From Prorocentrum cordatum (lineage: Eukaryota): a DNA stretch of 64,000 nucleotides. This document shows, in pieces, positions 63,431 through 64,000 of this stretch (the first letter of the stretch is position 1; each line of letters begins with the position of its first letter). The translations under genes were made by a program, and so were the position numbers. The stretch is taken from NCBI GenBank assembly GCA_963575745.1, contig CAUYUJ010000325.1, positions 496,001-560,000 of the forward strand, given 5' to 3'. Under the pieces are notes generated by a model that saw only the letters and a program-made list of their open reading frames with translations, was not told the DNA's origin and did no database searches.

Positions 63431-64000
63431 GGTGCTCGCGGGATCTGCGGGTCTCTCCGCCCCAAATTTCGACCACAGGGGTGTTCCCGAGACGTTTCAG
63501 AGGAGGCCGAGGGCGGCGCATGATTCGCCGCAAGCACCTTCGAAAGAACGCGACCCGTTTGCACGGCCAAAACAACTGTCCAAGATATGCGGATCCAGGA
63601 CGGCACGGGATCACCGCGTCGGGGGCGTTCAGCACCGCGGAGCCAGCCTCCGCTGACACGGCGGACCTTTCGCCTGGGCGCGGCGCGGCCGCCGAAACGG
63701 CCAGCGCAGGCGCCGAATCCAATTCCGCAGCGGCCGTTCTCGCTGACTTGGGCCGCGCCGCCCGCAGACGCGGGCCACCCGATGCGGCGGCCGCCGAAAC
63801 GGCGCCTCCCGCAGTGGCCTGGTCGTCGGCGAACTCCTCAGTAGACTCCTCTAGCAGATCGCCCGCCTCCGCTTCTCGCCTGCGCTGGTGGGTCGCCGAC
63901 TCACAGCGGACGCCGCGGCGACGAAATAAAGTCAAGGAAAGTCGAATCACTGACCCCGCCCCGCCCCGATGACGCGCTTCGCCCCGCCGGCCTGTTTCTG

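Larger units (their letters stand above)
61208..63950 (-). pseudogene. Decayed hypothetical gene with a SET-like C-terminal motif, interrupted at ~62325-63430
   Basis: Coding-like frames on both sides of the insertion, including VFSVVGKEDSALANVEVTW ... IPVLTNKRPLEAGEVLAL. Confidence 0.35.

Overview
Eukaryotic, GC-rich and dominated by repeats. A perfect 22-nt dinoflagellate spliced leader (DinoSL, 54725-54746) identifies the host as a dinoflagellate; the repeat content looks Prorocentrum-like (inference). No intact host gene, rRNA, tRNA or CRISPR array is supported. Most ORFs in the track are artefacts of micro- and minisatellites. Recognisable coding remnants are all decayed: two gag relics of one LTR-retrotransposon family plus a protease fragment, a Zn-knuckle relic, a 5'-truncated RTE-like RT nested inside a MITE, a long APE-RT LINE capped by a complete DinoSL plus a relic SL, and two hypothetical pseudogenes. 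The main non-coding signal is a set of elements carrying unrelated internal satellites (77/90-bp, about 101-bp, AGCTA) but sharing one terminal design: a 5' CCTGGCGA-like motif with a subterminal IR, a 3' hairpin, and A/T-run flanks. This resembles Helentron/DINE-type rolling-circle elements. Several nested MITE/foldback insertions have empty-site controls in the same window. All alignments were done by eye and boundaries are approximate unless stated.
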